Shown here one piece after another: positions 1 to 14,180 of a stretch of 64,000 bases of DNA. Position 1 is the first letter of the stretch. Every line of letters begins with the position of its first letter. The stretch comes from Octopus sinensis. Taxonomy: Eukaryota. The stretch covers positions 79,608,001-79,672,000 of the forward strand of contig NC_043008.1 in assembly GCF_006345805.1 (NCBI RefSeq), read 5' to 3'. A program made the position numbers and the translations under genes. The notes below the pieces were generated by a model that did not search any database, was not told where the DNA came from, and saw only the letters and a list, made by a program, of their open reading frames with translations.

Positions 1-1068
1 GTCTGTCCTGTACTTGATGTCGATACCGGACTTGCAGTCCCTAAAGGCGTCGGACAGCATTGCCGAGAACATGATGCTGAACAGTGTTGGGGCCAGGACA
101 CAGCCCTGCCTGACTCCGTTGGTCACCTGGAAGGCTTCAGATGAGTTGCCGTCTTCAAGGACTCTGGCTGTCATTCCGTCGTGGAACTGGCGGACAATTG
201 CAATAAATTTGCTGGGGCAACCAAATTTTCCCATGACCTTCCATCCTTCCATAGTCCCTCCCGACTGACTGTATCGAAAGCCTTGGTGAGGTCAACAAAG
301 GTCATGCAGAGGTCAAGGTGCTGCTCCATGCATTTCTCCTGGAGCTGGCGGGCGGCGAATATCATGTCAGTGGTCCCTCGACCCACGCAGAAGCCACACT
401 GGCTCTCAGGGAGAAGGCCTTGCTCCAAGTGTTCCAGAAGGCGGTCAAGCAGGACTTGGGCCAGGATCTTGCCTGCTATGGACAAGAGGGAGATTCCTCG
501 GTGGTTGTCGCAGGACTGCCGATCTCCTTTCCGCTTATAAATGTGGACGATTGTTGCATCCCGGAAATCTTGAGGGAGTTGTTCCCTGTCCCACATCGAC
601 TGGAACAGGCTGGTGAGCTGACTGATCATGGTGGGGCCGCCCGCCTTGAACACCTCTGCAGGGATGGCGTCAGAGCCTGGAGCTTTGCCGGTGGACATTT
701 TTTTGATGGCTCTGCTCACTTCCTCGATTGCAGGGGGAACAGCCAGCTTGTGGTTTGTCGGCACCTGGGGGGAGTCGTGCGATGGCTTCCTCGTTGATCT
801 GGGCTGGTCGGTTGAGCACGATGTTGAAATGCTCTGCCCATCTCTCCAGGATCAGCCTCTTGTTAGTCAGGAGTGAGGTTCCATCCGAGCTGAGCAGGGG
901 GGTTGATCCAAAGGAGAACTGCGGTCCATAGACAGCTTTCAGCGCCTCGTAGAATTTCTTGGTGTCGTGTTTGTCTGCGTATCCCTGAATCTCATCCGCC
1001 TTGGCGCTTAACCATGCGTCTTGCATGAGGCGGAGTTTAGCCTGGACTGTGCTGTGAATGTTGTTGAA
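1..1068 (-). mobile_element. RTE/BovB-like LINE reverse transcriptase fragment (frameshifted)
   Basis: ORFs 670..1026 and 171..764 contain GKAPGSDAIPAE, NHRGISLLSIAGKIL and FVDLTKAFDTVSR; a GVRQGCVLAPTLF motif lies near 80-120. Confidence 0.9.
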
Positions 1069-1462
1069 AGGTAGATACTTTAAATAACAGATACTTTAAA
1101 TAATGGTAGTGGATCTCTCAAAGTTATAAATGAAGGGAAGTAAGAGAGGGAAAGGAGGAAATAGCGTGAGTGAGGAAGATGGCCCCTAGCAACCACACCT
1201 TTTAAGATAGGGATTTCTAAGGTAGCCCACGAGCATCGTCACCTCATTCTACATGTCCCTGTAAATTTTGGAGCGAATCGGACGGGACGTAGTGGCATTG
1301 AAAGCGATCCAAGCGGTAAAAACGCATTTCAGTTTTATATATAGAGATATATATATATAAAGACTATGTCCCAGTAGGCAAGAAATCAGACAGAAACCTT
1401 CACCCTTCCAGTAAATGGCTCTGCTTGATATGTAGGAACATATATGAGAGCTATAAAGACCA

Positions 1463-2250
1463 GATACACAGGAGAATGATTTCCTTAAATGCTCTGGTGG
1501 CTCTCTGGAAGTTGTAGATGACCTAGTTAGCAGTGGAGGAGGTTGTACAGAAAGTGTAATTGCTAGGATAAGAATAGGATGGAGAAAGTTCAAAGAGTAT
1601 CTACCTTTGTTGGCAACCAAAGGTCTCTCCAAGTGAAGGGAATATTGTATCATGCATGTGTACAAACTGCGATGCCGCATGGTAATAAGACGTGAGCCCT
1701 GAATGTGGAGATCATGTGAAAGCTGGAGATGAAGCTGGTAAGCTCTGCTGGATATGCAATGTCAGTGTGCATGGGTGATAGTGTTGGTGAATTGAGAGAG
1801 AAGTTGGGCATAAGAGGAATTAGACACAGTGTGCAAGGGAGGAGACTGTGCTGGTTTGGTCATGTGATGCATATGGATGAGGACAGTTGCATAAAGAAGT
1901 GCCGATCACTTAAGTTGGAGGGAAGTTGTGAAAGATGTGGGATGAAGTATTGAAGGCCAATTTCAAAACACAGAACCTTATGAATGAGATGTCAGAGGAC
2001 TGAGATATGTGGCACACTGCTGTACCTATCCACTACAACAGAATTGAGATCCTACAACTAAGGTACCATGTAAGAAGCACTCAGTATACTCTGTGGAGTG
2101 GTTGGATTCAGGAAGAGCATCCAGCCATAGAAACCAAGCCAAAACAGATTATGAAACCTGGTTGGCCCCTGGCTTTGCCAGTTCCTTTCAAGCCATCCAA
2201 CCCATGCCAACCCATGCCAGCATAGAAAACCAACATTAAATGTTGATGAT
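1463..2250 (+). mobile_element. Decayed RTE LINE 3' end with GAT-repeat tail
   Basis: SSGGGCTESVIARIRIGWRKF and RRLCWFGHVMHMDEDSCIKKC match the RTE at 20787..21974; the family 3'UTR follows. Confidence 0.8.
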
Positions 2251-2258
2251 GATAAATA

Positions 2259-3542
2259 CTAGCAAACCTATCCATCTATGACGGGAAATAAAAGGAGGAT
2301 GGAGAACAATAACTTTAAGTATGAATGTATTTATAGTGAAATATAAGCATGGGAAATGTAACAAAATATAAATAACAGTTTTTTCGATTATACTGTACAG
2401 CTTTACATAGTATATATTCATGATATTATGTTTACAAAACTTCTTTGTAAACAATATTTTGTTTGATTAACACTAATTTTCAAAGCGAAATACAACTGGC
2501 TATGTGTAAACATTGGAGCAGGTAAAAACACAACACGATCAAAAGTCTGGCTTTGAGACTTGTTAGCTGTGAATGGGAAGGATAGTTTGATGAGAAATTG
2601 CCTGAGTCATAATTGGAAGGGAAACTGGTTGTCAGAGGGTACCAGTGGCATCCAAGGCATGAACAGGCATTTACGACTGTGAGGGCCAATCACAATCATT
2701 GCTTCGATGATAGGAGAATTGGGCTGCGTGATCGTGTATCTTGTTCTGCTGCAAAGTCCATTGGCAGGGTCAAAATTTCGTAGGAGCATTATAGGACAGT
2801 ATTTTTTCAGTGAGATCCTATGCATAGGTAGTCCTGATAGATTCAAGTTGTTAAGGAAATCCTGTGGATACTGGTGATAATTTCCATTGACTATAGTGTT
2901 CAAACTTAGATATTGTCGACTTTCTCCTGGGAAGTTGTTTATTATGTGGTCATTAACATTGTTTTTATTTATTTTTTGTCCTGATGCTGTACCAAATTGA
3001 TATCATTGTAGAGGAAGTGTGTTGATGGGGTTAAAAGAAACGCACACATACAGTCTTTTTCTCTCTTTCTCTGTATGTCTGTTAGTCTCTCTCTCTCTCT
3101 TTGTCACACACTTTCTGTTTTGCACACCCCATCAATGTGTTGATGGGGTAAAAGAAAACACACACAGTGTGTCTTTCTCTCTGTTTCTGTATGTCTGTGT
3201 TTTTCTTCATCTGTCTGTGTCACTCTCTGTGTTTCACACACTTTGTATTGCACATCCCATCAACACCCAGAACTGTTGTAAAGATAATAATGAAAGAAGA
3301 ATTGAAAGTACTGTTTGAAATTTCATAAATACCATTTAGGTTTTTGTTTCTGTTTTGTTACTGTGGCCGATTTCCATATAATTTATTTTTATTTATGAAT
3401 ATGGAAATGGCTTCCTTAGTTTCATACGAATCAAAGCGAAGCAGTGTAGCAAGTCTTTACAATAAAATTTTTAAACATGATATAAACTATTCTCAAGATG
3501 TTCTTAGTAAGACTGCCAGACATAAGGCCAATTATAGCAAGA
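2259..3542 (-). mobile_element. Non-autonomous Helitron with PIF1-type helicase remnant
   Basis: ORF 2607..2903 (LSGLPMHRISLKKYCPIMLLRNFDPANGLCSRTR) resembles Helitron helicase. The minus strand has a 5' TC start near 3542 and a subterminal hairpin plus CTAG 3' end at 2259. Confidence 0.7.
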
Positions 3543-3639
3543 TATATATAATCAAGGTGCAGAAATGGCATACTCCGAATAAGGTAATGCAAAGCCAGTT
3601 GGAAGGATGGGGGTCCATGTGAGTGTACAGTAAATAGTT

Positions 3640-4555
3640 AATCCAAAAAAAAATGAAGAAAAAAAACATGAGGACATGGTACATGCAAAGTATTAAAAGA
3701 CACTCAGGAAAGGAAAGAAAGAATGTTTCGAGCTAAGCACTTCTTCAGAAACAGGAGATAGAAGAAAGTCCAAGAGAAAAAGAAGATGGAGGAATAGAAT
3801 ATTAAAAAAATGCCAACAATCCATATGTAGTTACATTTTGAAATGACCCGAAGGGAATGGACAAAGAAAATGTTTTTTCTAAAACAGGAGAATGTAAGAG
3901 AAGGTATCTATGTGTATATGTGTGTGTGACAGTAACTGAGTGCATGTGTGCAGGTGGTGGCAATTGTGTGTGATATTAACTGTTTATATACACACACGCA
4001 CACACAGGAATACACATATACCTCTACACATGCACATCTAACCACATACCTCCACAAACATATGCACACACACACACCACATACTTCAGACTGCCTCTCA
4101 AACACCTTTCCATTGACCATCCCATTTACACACTTGAAGAAACACACAAAAGACCACAATTTTGTTACCATACCTGCTGAATTCTTCCTACAACATTAAC
4201 AGACACAAAGATCACTCACTCATACACATATAAACAGTTAATACCACACACACAAACAAATGCTATTACGCACACATGCGCATACCCACAGATACCTCCT
4301 TCTCTTACACAATCCTGTCTTAGAAAGAACTTTTTCTTTGTCCATTCCCTTCCAGTCATTTCAAAATGTAACTACATGTGGATTGTTGGTGATTTTTTTT
4401 TCCTCTGTCTTCCTTTTCTCCTGGAATTTCTCCTGTCTCCTGTTACTTCTGAAGAGCTTTGCTCAAAATATAAAACGTCCTTTTTTGCCTTCTCTGAGCA
4501 TCTTGTTACTTTGCATGTACCATGTCCTCGCACTTTTTTATGTTTTTTTGGATTC
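3640..4555. repeat. Inverted pair of Penelope-type pseudo-LTR remnants (about 3640-3850 and 4340-4555)
   Basis: gaggacatggtacatgcaaagta versus tactttgcatgtaccatgtcctc; similar to 45797-46010 and 24260-24470; contains a decayed hammerhead-like core. Confidence 0.6.
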
Positions 4556-4775
4556 ATTATATATCTTGCGTCATCCCATAAATTATGTGGGTTTTTATAC
4601 TTCTTTATTTTTCAAAATTAAGATAAAGTTCTTTTTTAATCTAAAATATACTGTCCTTTATTTTCCACAATGCTCTTCCATCTATCTGGTAGACTTACAA
4701 GGCCACTCTTCCAAAATTCACTTGTCTATGAGGAAAATTACTCCTCCAGTACTGTTCTGACCTCGCCTATAGAAT

Positions 4776-5900
4776 TCATATTTTTTCCATCCAAATGATT
4801 TTGAAGAATACATGATAATGAGATGGGGAAATGTGCAATAAATATGGTAGGTGAGGCTTCGTTTCCCATTCAAACTGCACCAGCCTTTGGAATGTCATCT
4901 TCGCTGTATGTGGCTGAGCATTATCCTGAGGGAAGAGCACCTTTTGTCTTGAAACCAACCTGGTGCTGAAAGACATGGCACCCACTGAGCAGAAACCATC
5001 AAGCCAAGTTTGTTGTGCAGAATATTCTCAATTCTCACAGAGGATATGCTAATAGCATAGGCTATTTGATTTATAGTAAACATGGTGTTTTTTTCCTTAG
5101 TGGTATCAGTGGCAAGATGTCCAGGCCTTGGGTCATCTTCAACACTCTCCCTTCTCTTCCTAAATTAAGCTGTCCACCTTTGCACTGTTGATAAAGCTAG
5201 AACCTCATCCCCTAATATAGCAACTATGTCAGCATGTCCTTGGGGGCTAAGCCCTTTTTCCTTCTAGCACTTGCTTCTAGCTGCTCACAGTAGATCTTTG
5301 TTATCGTCTGGTTTGGGTTTAAAAGTTCAAAGTTAACTAAACCTTTCATATTCCACCAAGCAGATAACATCTTACATGGGTGAAGACCTTCTTTAGACTG
5401 GAATGCCAGTGTTTCTCCTTTTCCTACCCACTGTCTTCGGCACTTGACATTTTTATGGAGAACCCATTTCTCATCCCCAGTCACTATTCGGTCCAAAAAA
5501 GGTTTATTTGTGAGATGTGACAGCAAAGAAGAGCACACAGTCACTTTTGTGAGGAACCCATCGACCCAATATGCTGACTCTTCCAATGGCATACTGATAT
5601 CAATGAATGGTTGAATGACCAAATCCAAGCTTCTCTGCTAGTTCCTCAACAGTTACAATGGCATTTTGTTCCACCAAGATTTGCAGGATGTCCTTGTTGA
5701 GCTGTACAGATCATCTAGGACAAGGCTCATCTTCTAGATTGAAGTTTCCAGAACCACCATTGACTCTGGATTGTGCTTATTGTCCAATTCCCATATTAAT
5801 ATTCCTCGCACTCTCTTTTATGTTGTTGCTTTTACTGAACTCATAGAAAAAAATGCTTCCTAGTCACTTCCATTATAGCTTTGAAAAATTAACTGTTAAA
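4776..5900 (-). mobile_element. Mariner transposase remnant, interrupted by a 305-bp insert
   Basis: FLDRIVTGDEKWVLH, QDNAQPHTA and a degenerate HPPYSPDLAPSDY-like motif in ORFs 5224..5628 and 4776..4985. Confidence 0.8.
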
Positions 5901-6279
5901 ATGGAACTGCACTCTTCAAAACTTGCACTAAGAATAAGTACAAGGTAAAATTACTACCTGCTTTGATAACAAGTTGATGCACGTAGTTTATCCTGTCTCT
6001 CTCAGACTTTTAGTTCATGCAATTGAAAAAATGTTTATAGGATAACCCAATACATATACATATACACACACACATATAGCTTAGTGGTTAGTATGTTTGA
6101 CCCATGATCATAACATCAAGATTTCTGATTCCTGAACCAAGTGATGCATTGTATTCTTGAACAAAACACTTCATTTCATGTTGCTCTAGTCCACTCAGTT
6201 AGTAAGAATGAGTAATCTTGCAATGGAGTAGCATCCTATGTTCCTTATAGAGTAATGTGAACTAATTCACACACACACT

Positions 6280-7446
6280 CACAAGGCTCAAGATACCTTC
6301 TTGGAATGTGACTATATGAGATTTATTTTACAACTTAGTCCCTTTGCAGTCCACACACTTCTTCCAGTGTTGCATTGCTTGGATCTCATTGAAGAAGCCT
6401 TCATCCCATTGGTAAAAAAAAAGTTATCATCATCACTGCAATACTGCTTCCTAGCCAAGAGTTTTTTTCATGCTGGGGAATAGATGATAGATGGGGCTAA
6501 ACCAGGAGAACAAGGAGGGTGATTAACCAGTTCAAAGCCACAGTCATGTCCAGCAGCCATTGAAACCTAAGAATTGTGTACTGGAACACTGTCCTAATGA
6601 AACAAGTCTCCTTTCATAAGTTTTCTTGAGTGTTTGGTCTTGATAGCCTTTTGCAACTGCCTCTGCAAGTTGGCATAGTACTCTTCTATGATGATGTAGG
6701 CCTTTTGAAAACAGTCAATAAACAATGCTTTTTGCATCCCAAAAACTATGGTCATCATCTTCCTTGCAAATGAAACGACCTTGGCCTTTTTTGGAACAGG
6801 TGAGGAGGGGTGTTTCCACAACATGGATTGTCTTTTTGGCTCAAAGTGATGAATCCAACGCTCATCCTGGGTTAAGAAACGTTCAAGGAAATCAGCTGGA
6901 TCTGCTTCAGACAATGTTATGGTTTTTCTGTGATGTGAACAACCTGGTGCTGAAAGACATGGCACCCACTGAGCAGAAACCATCAAGCCAAGTTTGTTGT
7001 GCAGAATATTCTCAATTCTCACAGAGGATATGCTAATAGCATAGGCTATTTGATTTATAGTAAACATGGTGTTTTTTTCCTTAGTGGTATCAGTGGCAAG
7101 ATGTCCAGGCCTTGGGTCATCTTCAACACTCTCCCTTCTCTTCCTAAATTAAGCTGTCCACCTTTGCACTGTTGATAAAGCTAGAACCTCATCCCCTAAT
7201 ATAGCAACTATGTCAGCATGTCCTTGGGGGCTAAGCCCTTTTTCTGAACAATGCCAAACTTTGTCCAATTTCAAGAGAAGTTGCTACCAGTTACTTTTGA
7301 AGTCTTCTTTGAACAGGCAGATGTCAGTTCACCTGGAAAGAGATAATGCAGTTATTAAGAAGTGTTGAAATCAATGCATGCAAGATTTCACAGCTCTAGC
7401 ATCACTCCTTCATAGTTAGCCTACAAATTCTTCAGCCCACCCTCAT
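6280..7446 (-). mobile_element. Second mariner family remnant
   Basis: ORF 6594..7067 has VSAQWVPCL, FLERFLTQDERWIHHFEP and SSPVPKKAKVV. Confidence 0.8.
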
Positions 7447-7479
7447 ACTTACATATATAACACACACACACAAATCTGT

Positions 7480-8770
7480 ATGGAATAATATCACTGTTGC
7501 TGACACTGAAACAAAAGTGGTTTGGGAGTGCTATTCCAACAAATTATTGAATGGGAAAACTGTAAGGGATAAGGAGCATCTACACCAAATAGCACAAATG
7601 GTGAAACTAGCCATTCATGTTGACATCACCTTGTAGATGAAATTATTAAGGAAATAAAAGAAGAAATGCACATTGGACATCAGAAATTACTTCTGAAATG
7701 CTTAAAATGTCTGATGAAGTGGAACATGGGCTAATCATCCACATAGTAAATCAGGTAGTACTGAAGAGTGCCATATTCAACAACTGGCTTTATAGCATTA
7801 TCTTACCACATGAGCTAAGAAGACATGGTAAACAGAAAATTACAAAAGTATGAAACTGTTAGATCAGGTTATGAAAGTTACTGGAGTAGGCAAATAATTT
7901 GTTAGAACTATACAAGCGATGTACAGAGATGAACTCAGAAAGCTGAGTTATTAATGAATAAAATGATGCACTTAGCTTCATCCCCTTACTGTACATCATA
8001 GTCCTCTATGAAGGGTTTAAAATTGGCTGCCCATAGAAATTACTATATGCTGATGTCCTTTTTTCGTAGCTAACTCTATAGGAAAATTAGAAAAGAAATT
8101 CCAGTCATGAGAACAAAACAAAGTCCCTGGAAACATTAGGGAAATGGTCATACCCTTATGTAGAAAAGGGAAATGAATTCCATATTGTGTACAGTGTAAA
8201 TTGTGAATACACAAGAGGTGTGGTGAAACCACAGGAAAGTTAAACAGACAAATTAAGTAGCAATACACATGCAAAACAAATTCTTTCTGATACCCTAAGC
8301 AGCACTATAGTAGTTGATGACATCTGTCACCTAGAATATCTTATTAAGTGAGGGAGTGGGTATTCAGAAAGCACAGTAGCCAGAGAAAGAACTAATTGGA
8401 AAAAGTTCAGGGCACCTCTGCTAGCAACAAAAGGCTTTTCCATTGCAGTGAAGAGCAGATTGTATGATGCGTATGCAAAATGTGATACCGCATGGTGATA
8501 AAATGGTTCTCAAATGCAGAGAATTTGTGAGTATTAGAAAGAAAAGATGAGTATATGCTCTACTAAATGTGAATTACAAGTGTGCATGAATGACAGAGAC
8601 TAAAAGAGGTAAGAGAAAAAAATGAATATAAGAACCAGATGTAGTGTGCAAAAGAGAATCTGCATTTGTACAGACATATGATGTGTATGAAGGAGGATAG
8701 TTGTATAAAGAAATGCCAAATATTTAAGTGAAAGAGGGAAACCAAGGAAGACTTGTATGGGAGCAGACCT
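7480..8770 (+). mobile_element. Highly decayed RTE LINE
   Basis: Residual motifs KLLDQVMKV, GCP*KLLYADV and GFSIAVKSRLYDA align with the 20.4-22 kb RTE. Confidence 0.65.
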
Positions 8771-9670
8771 ACCTACCTACCTGTGCAAGTATGGCGAAAC
8801 TGGCATTAAACTTGTGTATATACAGGGTGCAGATAGTATTCGTTTGCAATTTTCAACTGCTAATTATATGCATTTTTCTTTTTGCAATTGGTCTTTTTCT
8901 TCTTAAAAACAATAACCATTTTTGCTTTATTTCTTTTTTTTTTTACAAAGGACAAAGACTTCAGACTTCCTCAATGTCAGTAGAAGGATAGTGGAAAAGA
9001 TCAGAAAGGAGCTGGAAGATTCAGGATTCAGCTGTGAGGTGACAGCAGAGATGAAAACCAATGATCAACAAATCTGACACCATTGGAACATCAGAATTTG
9101 TTGCAAAAATCCAGGTGGTCATCAACAACAATCCCAGCAAGGCAATACTTGCCATTGCACAGGAAAAGGTATGGATGAAAAGCTCATCAGGCTAGTGGTA
9201 CATGACAATCGTTGCTTTTCATACAAGATAAGGAAGAAATAATTTCTGTCCAAGGCAATGCAAGAAAAGAGACTCAAGCACATAAAAAAGCTTATCAAAC
9301 TTGACACCAACAAGCCAGTTACTTTCCCCCATAATAATTGTTGTTCCTGGAATACCACACCCAACAAAATGACTACTAACTGTATCTTATCTTGTCTACC
9401 TTACTACGTGCAACACTAAATATAACAAATTGATATCTCTGAAATATCACACTCTGAAGAATGCCAACAACCTATCTGCTCAACAATGTGAAACCTACCA
9501 ATAAAATAACCAATGTCCTATAACTGTAAAAACTACCAGATGAAACGAACTAAAGGCCTAAATATTCTTCCACAGAAGCCAATTTAACTTTCTTCTAAAT
9601 TTTGTCTATTTTGTTTCTGAACATCTAATGACGTGGATGTGTCTTATACCCACAACAGTTAAGTCAAAGT

Positions 9671-9725
<55 letters not shown>

Positions 9726-9739
9726 AGAGAGAGAGAGAG

Positions 9740-11215
9740 ACAATAAAATATATTTCTGTTTTGAGTTATCACTATTGAAATGATTTAGTAGAGTTGTATT
9801 AATACTGATGAATGCAAGATCAAAAATATTTTATTGTTAAACAAAATAGTGCATTGTTAGTCATGATCAACAACAGAGAAACTTTTACATCAAGTTAAAA
9901 ACAGTTTATGATGTTTTTGGACATTGAGAGAAAAACAAAACAGACTTCATCATGTGATTCTAGTAGAGGAGTGGTTTAAAGTGTGTTGCCATTGTTGACA
10001 TCCATTAGTGTTGTCTGCTAAGGCCACACTCACAGATGACTGTCTTGAAGCATGAACCACCAATCTCTTATGGTCACTCTGTTTAGAAAGAAATCAGATC
10101 TGTATATAGCAATTCTTTCAAAGAGAAAATAGTACCAAAAAGGGAATTGTAAATGTTTATTAGAAATCCAGATGGTCCTTGAAGTCATCAAGGAATGGGT
10201 AAATTGTGTTAATGTCATTTAGCTGTTTTTGTATTGGATACAGTAATCCAGGTGTGATTTCTAGGCACTGAGTTGGTGTTTAGGGCCCCCAAATATTCCT
10301 GTAGCAGGAAACTTTGGCAGTGAAATCACTGCTAATAATGAACTGAACGAAATGAGAATGAAGCAGAAAGTGCAGATGTGAAGCATGAACAGGAATATGC
10401 ATTAGAATAGGAGCATGGTTAAATTGCATAGATAGCAAGCAGGTTATTTAGTAAGCTGGAGTACTGACTGATGTTTTCTATGTACTTATACATAGTGCTT
10501 ATACATAAAAAACTGCACCAACTTGAAGTGCAAAAAAGGCAAAGAAAAACGGGATATAATTGTAAAAATACTAGGAAAGAAGATCTGATTGAAAATGCAT
10601 GCATGTACATAAGTCAGGTGTGTGCACCAAATGTATGCATGAGCAACTTGTACATAGTCATATCAATGACAGAGATGGTAGCAGTTTGGACAAGACTATG
10701 ACAAGGAAAATCTGATGAAGGAAAGATTTGCAGAGATGATTTGACTGACATACCAGCAGTGTTTGTGAACTTGCATGGTATGTTTGATAAGCAGCATAAT
10801 GTTCTTTAGACATGGTCACTAACAGTAACAATGACATATTTCTCACTGAGTTGAGTTGATATTGATGAATGCAAGAACACAAATTCTGTTTAAAATTTTA
10901 CATACAAAAATATTTATTTTATCATTAACTAAAACAATACATTGTCATCATGACCAATGATAAAAAAAATGTTTACATCAAGTTAGAAAATTTCAACAGT
11001 TTGTGATGTTTTTGTATGTCAAGAAAAACACAGTAGCCTGTGTAGCAGCAGCAGGGTGGCTTAAGTTGTAGTGCTGTCATCATCATCCATTGTTCTTGAC
11101 TGCTATAGCCACTCACAGGTGACCAGCTTAAAGCATGCACCACCACTCTCTTATGGACACTACTGGTTAGCAGGAAAACAGATCTGTATATAGCTATTTC
11201 TTTCAAAGAGAAACT
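9740..11215. repeat. Two diverged direct copies of an approximately 350-bp unknown repeat (about 9740-10130 and 10840-11215)
   Basis: Shared blocks tttacatcaagtta, cagatctgtatatagc and tctttcaaagagaaa occur in the same order. Confidence 0.6.
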
Positions 11216-13469
11216 ACTTTGCTTTCTCTTCCTTATTATCCTAACTTTCTCATCCTGCATGAGGTATTTGCATAAAGGATCTCACTAGATATGTATGTAC
11301 CCCATACACTCTACTTCTACCAGCCACCAGACTATTTAGTATTGACACCCATCATTCACTTTCTTGATTTATCCATCTCTTTCTTACCCATATCCTCTCT
11401 ATTGCAGGTGCCAAAATAAAATGCACCTAGTACACACTGTAAAGTGGCAGAAGTAGAAAAGAAGCCAAAAATGAACCTTACAAGCAAAATGTGCTCCTCT
11501 GTACCTATGTAAGAGAGCAACAATTATCCATCCTGTCTATAGCATCATGGAAAGCAGGTGTAAAGTGATGATGAATATAGATATTGTATATACTGGTATT
11601 ATGAAGGACATCCAGCTGTAGAAAACCATTCCAAATCAAACTGGATCCTGGCGTAGTCTTCCAGCCTAGTCAAACTGTCCAACCCATGCCAGCATGGACA
11701 GCAGACGTTAAATGATGATGATAATGATGATGATGATGATGATGATATAAAATCATTTAATACCTGTTTTCCATGCTGGCACTGGTAGGACAATTTGAGT
11801 GACTGCAATGTCAGCTTTGGCAAATGTTCTACCATTGGATGTCCTTCCTAATGCCAACCACTTTACATCATGTTCTGGGTGCTTTATTGTGATACCAGCA
11901 CTATTGAGGACACTAGTTAGGGGCAAGCACAGGTATCTGGCTATAGAGGATATAACATGGTTTTCCTGCATAATGCTAGGGTGATTGAGAGTAGCTGGGA
12001 GACAAAGATGTTAGAGACAGGATGGGAGAATATAAAATGTGAATCAGGAGGGAAAGAAAGTGTGGGTAATTTCATGAGAGGAAAGTGACAGATAGGTAGA
12101 AATTGACTAGAGGTGAATGTAGTGAGTGAAGACGGTGAAAGTATGATTGATGGTATCTTATGAAGAGGTGAAAGAGATAGAAGTGACTCAGAAAGGAGAA
12201 AGCGACAAGCATCAGTACAGGAGGTGTAGGAAGCAGAAGCACCATCTATCTGTGGATAGATCAGAGAAACAAAGATGTGCCGAGGTGACAGTAAAAGGAG
12301 TAGTAGGATGAACTGTAACAGAAATGGAAGTTAGACGTATATGAAGGTGACTGTAGTTAGTGAGGCAACAAAGATGAAGTGAGTATTGATAGTGGATATG
12401 TTAGGAGGTTGAAAATGATAGTAGATAGATGTTAAATATGAAGTATGGCAGACAAAGGTGTAGCTTTGAATGGTGGAAGAGATCACTGAAAGGCATAGAA
12501 GAGGGAGGGAGATTAGTGGAAAGAAGTATGGACAGAAGTGATAATGAGATAATAGGAGGTGGAGGATGGGGTATGTGTTGCTTCTGCTCACAAATGATTG
12601 CAGCAGCTTGGTGGTACCATTGTTATAAGAGTGATGGTAGGATGGGTGTTAGGAAGATGAAATTTGGTGGCAGGGGATGCTTGACAGGCTAAGCATAATA
12701 CTTTTAGGATCTCACTTTCACTGTGACAGACAGGTCTTTCAAGCATAGCAAATTGCCAATCATCTCAAGACCAGCCCTCACCACTTTATTCCACATCTTC
12801 TCGAGTCTCCCATTTCTATAAGTTTCATTCACTTTAAATGACTGTCACTTCTTTATGCTGCTGTCCTCGTCCATATACACCATTTGACCAAACTACTGCA
12901 GTTTTCTCTCGTGCATGTTACATCCATTTCCCCCATACCTCATTTTTCTCTCAATACATTTGCACTTTGAGAAGAATGTCCTATCTGTATTCTTGCTTAC
13001 TACAAATTTATTCTTTGCTAGGTTAACTTCAAGACACTTTGATTCCAGGTTTTGCTTCCATACCTGAAATTTCTTTTTCAAAGCTGTTACAGATTCCACT
13101 ATAAGAATGGGATTAGTAAAAGACTGGCTGCCCCTCGGCAGCCAGTCTTAAATTCCTCTATGGCTTGGAGGACACTGATGAATAGAAGGAGTTTGATTAT
13201 CAAGCCCTGGTGAACTACATGTACACTAAATTCATAGCTGCACTCTTGACTGATTCTTACTCTACTGAGAGCACCCATGTACATGACTGCAATAGAGTGA
13301 AGGACCCTATTGAAGGTTTTCTCTAGATCATCAAATACCAAGTACAATGATTTACTTTTAGTAAAATATTTCTCTTGCAGCTGCCTAAGACGAGGTATCA
13401 ATTGTACTTCACCCTGGCACAAAACCAAACCACATATAATCGAAACTAATTTTGTTCCTAATAAATTGG

Positions 13470-14180
13470 GGATCTTTTCCCATTGAATGGTAGATCGAGA
13501 AATTAAATTTTTTGTAACTAAACATTTTCAAACTTCGGACACTGGTAGAATGTGTCATATAAAACATCTTTTACTCTTAGTGTTTTTGAGAAAAGTTTCT
13601 TTTTACGAAGTTATTTCGTGTTAAAGTTGTCGTATTTCGTTGTCGTTGTTCATCGACATTGTTTGTACTGGTTTTAGCTTTAGGGTTTTAGGGTTAGGGG
13701 TTTAGGGTTAGGGTTAGAGTTTTAGAGTTAGGGTTTTAGGGTGAGAATTACGGAAAAAAGTGAAAAATGAAGAAATGGGAGTGGGGGAGCAAAAAAGTCT
13801 TTCCAAAAATAGTAGCTGAAAAACAGGAAAAAAAAGACTAAAAGCAGTAGAAATGTACAAACGATTATGGTAGTGCCATGAAGTAAACAAGCTTCAGATA
13901 CACTCATACAAACGTAACTAAGATGAAATATATCATAAATAAGTGACAAACGAAATATACACCACTTATAGTTGTTGTTGACGAACAATGGCAGTAATTT
14001 TATTCAGCTGAATACACGTCATTGATTGGTTGAAATTGCCGAAATACGACAACTTTAACACAAAATAACTTCGTAAATAGAAACTTTTCTCAAAAACGCT
14101 AAGAGGAAAAGATGAAAGTTTGAAAGTGTTTAGTAACAAAAAATTAATTTCTCAATCTGCTGTTCAAAGGGAAAAGATCC
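13470..14180. mobile_element. 711-bp non-autonomous DNA transposon with long TIRs and 8-bp TSD (hAT- or MULE-like)
   Basis: TSD TAAATTGG at 13462-13469 and 14181-14188; imperfect TIRs of about 140-170 bp starting GGATCTTTTCCC and ending GGGAAAAGATCC; removing it rejoins the RTE frame. Confidence 0.88.
13671..13742 (+). repeat. Degenerate telomere-like (TTAGGG/TTTAGGG) array inside the MITE
   Basis: tagggttttagggttaggggtttagggttagggttagagttttagagttagggttttaggg. Confidence 0.8.
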
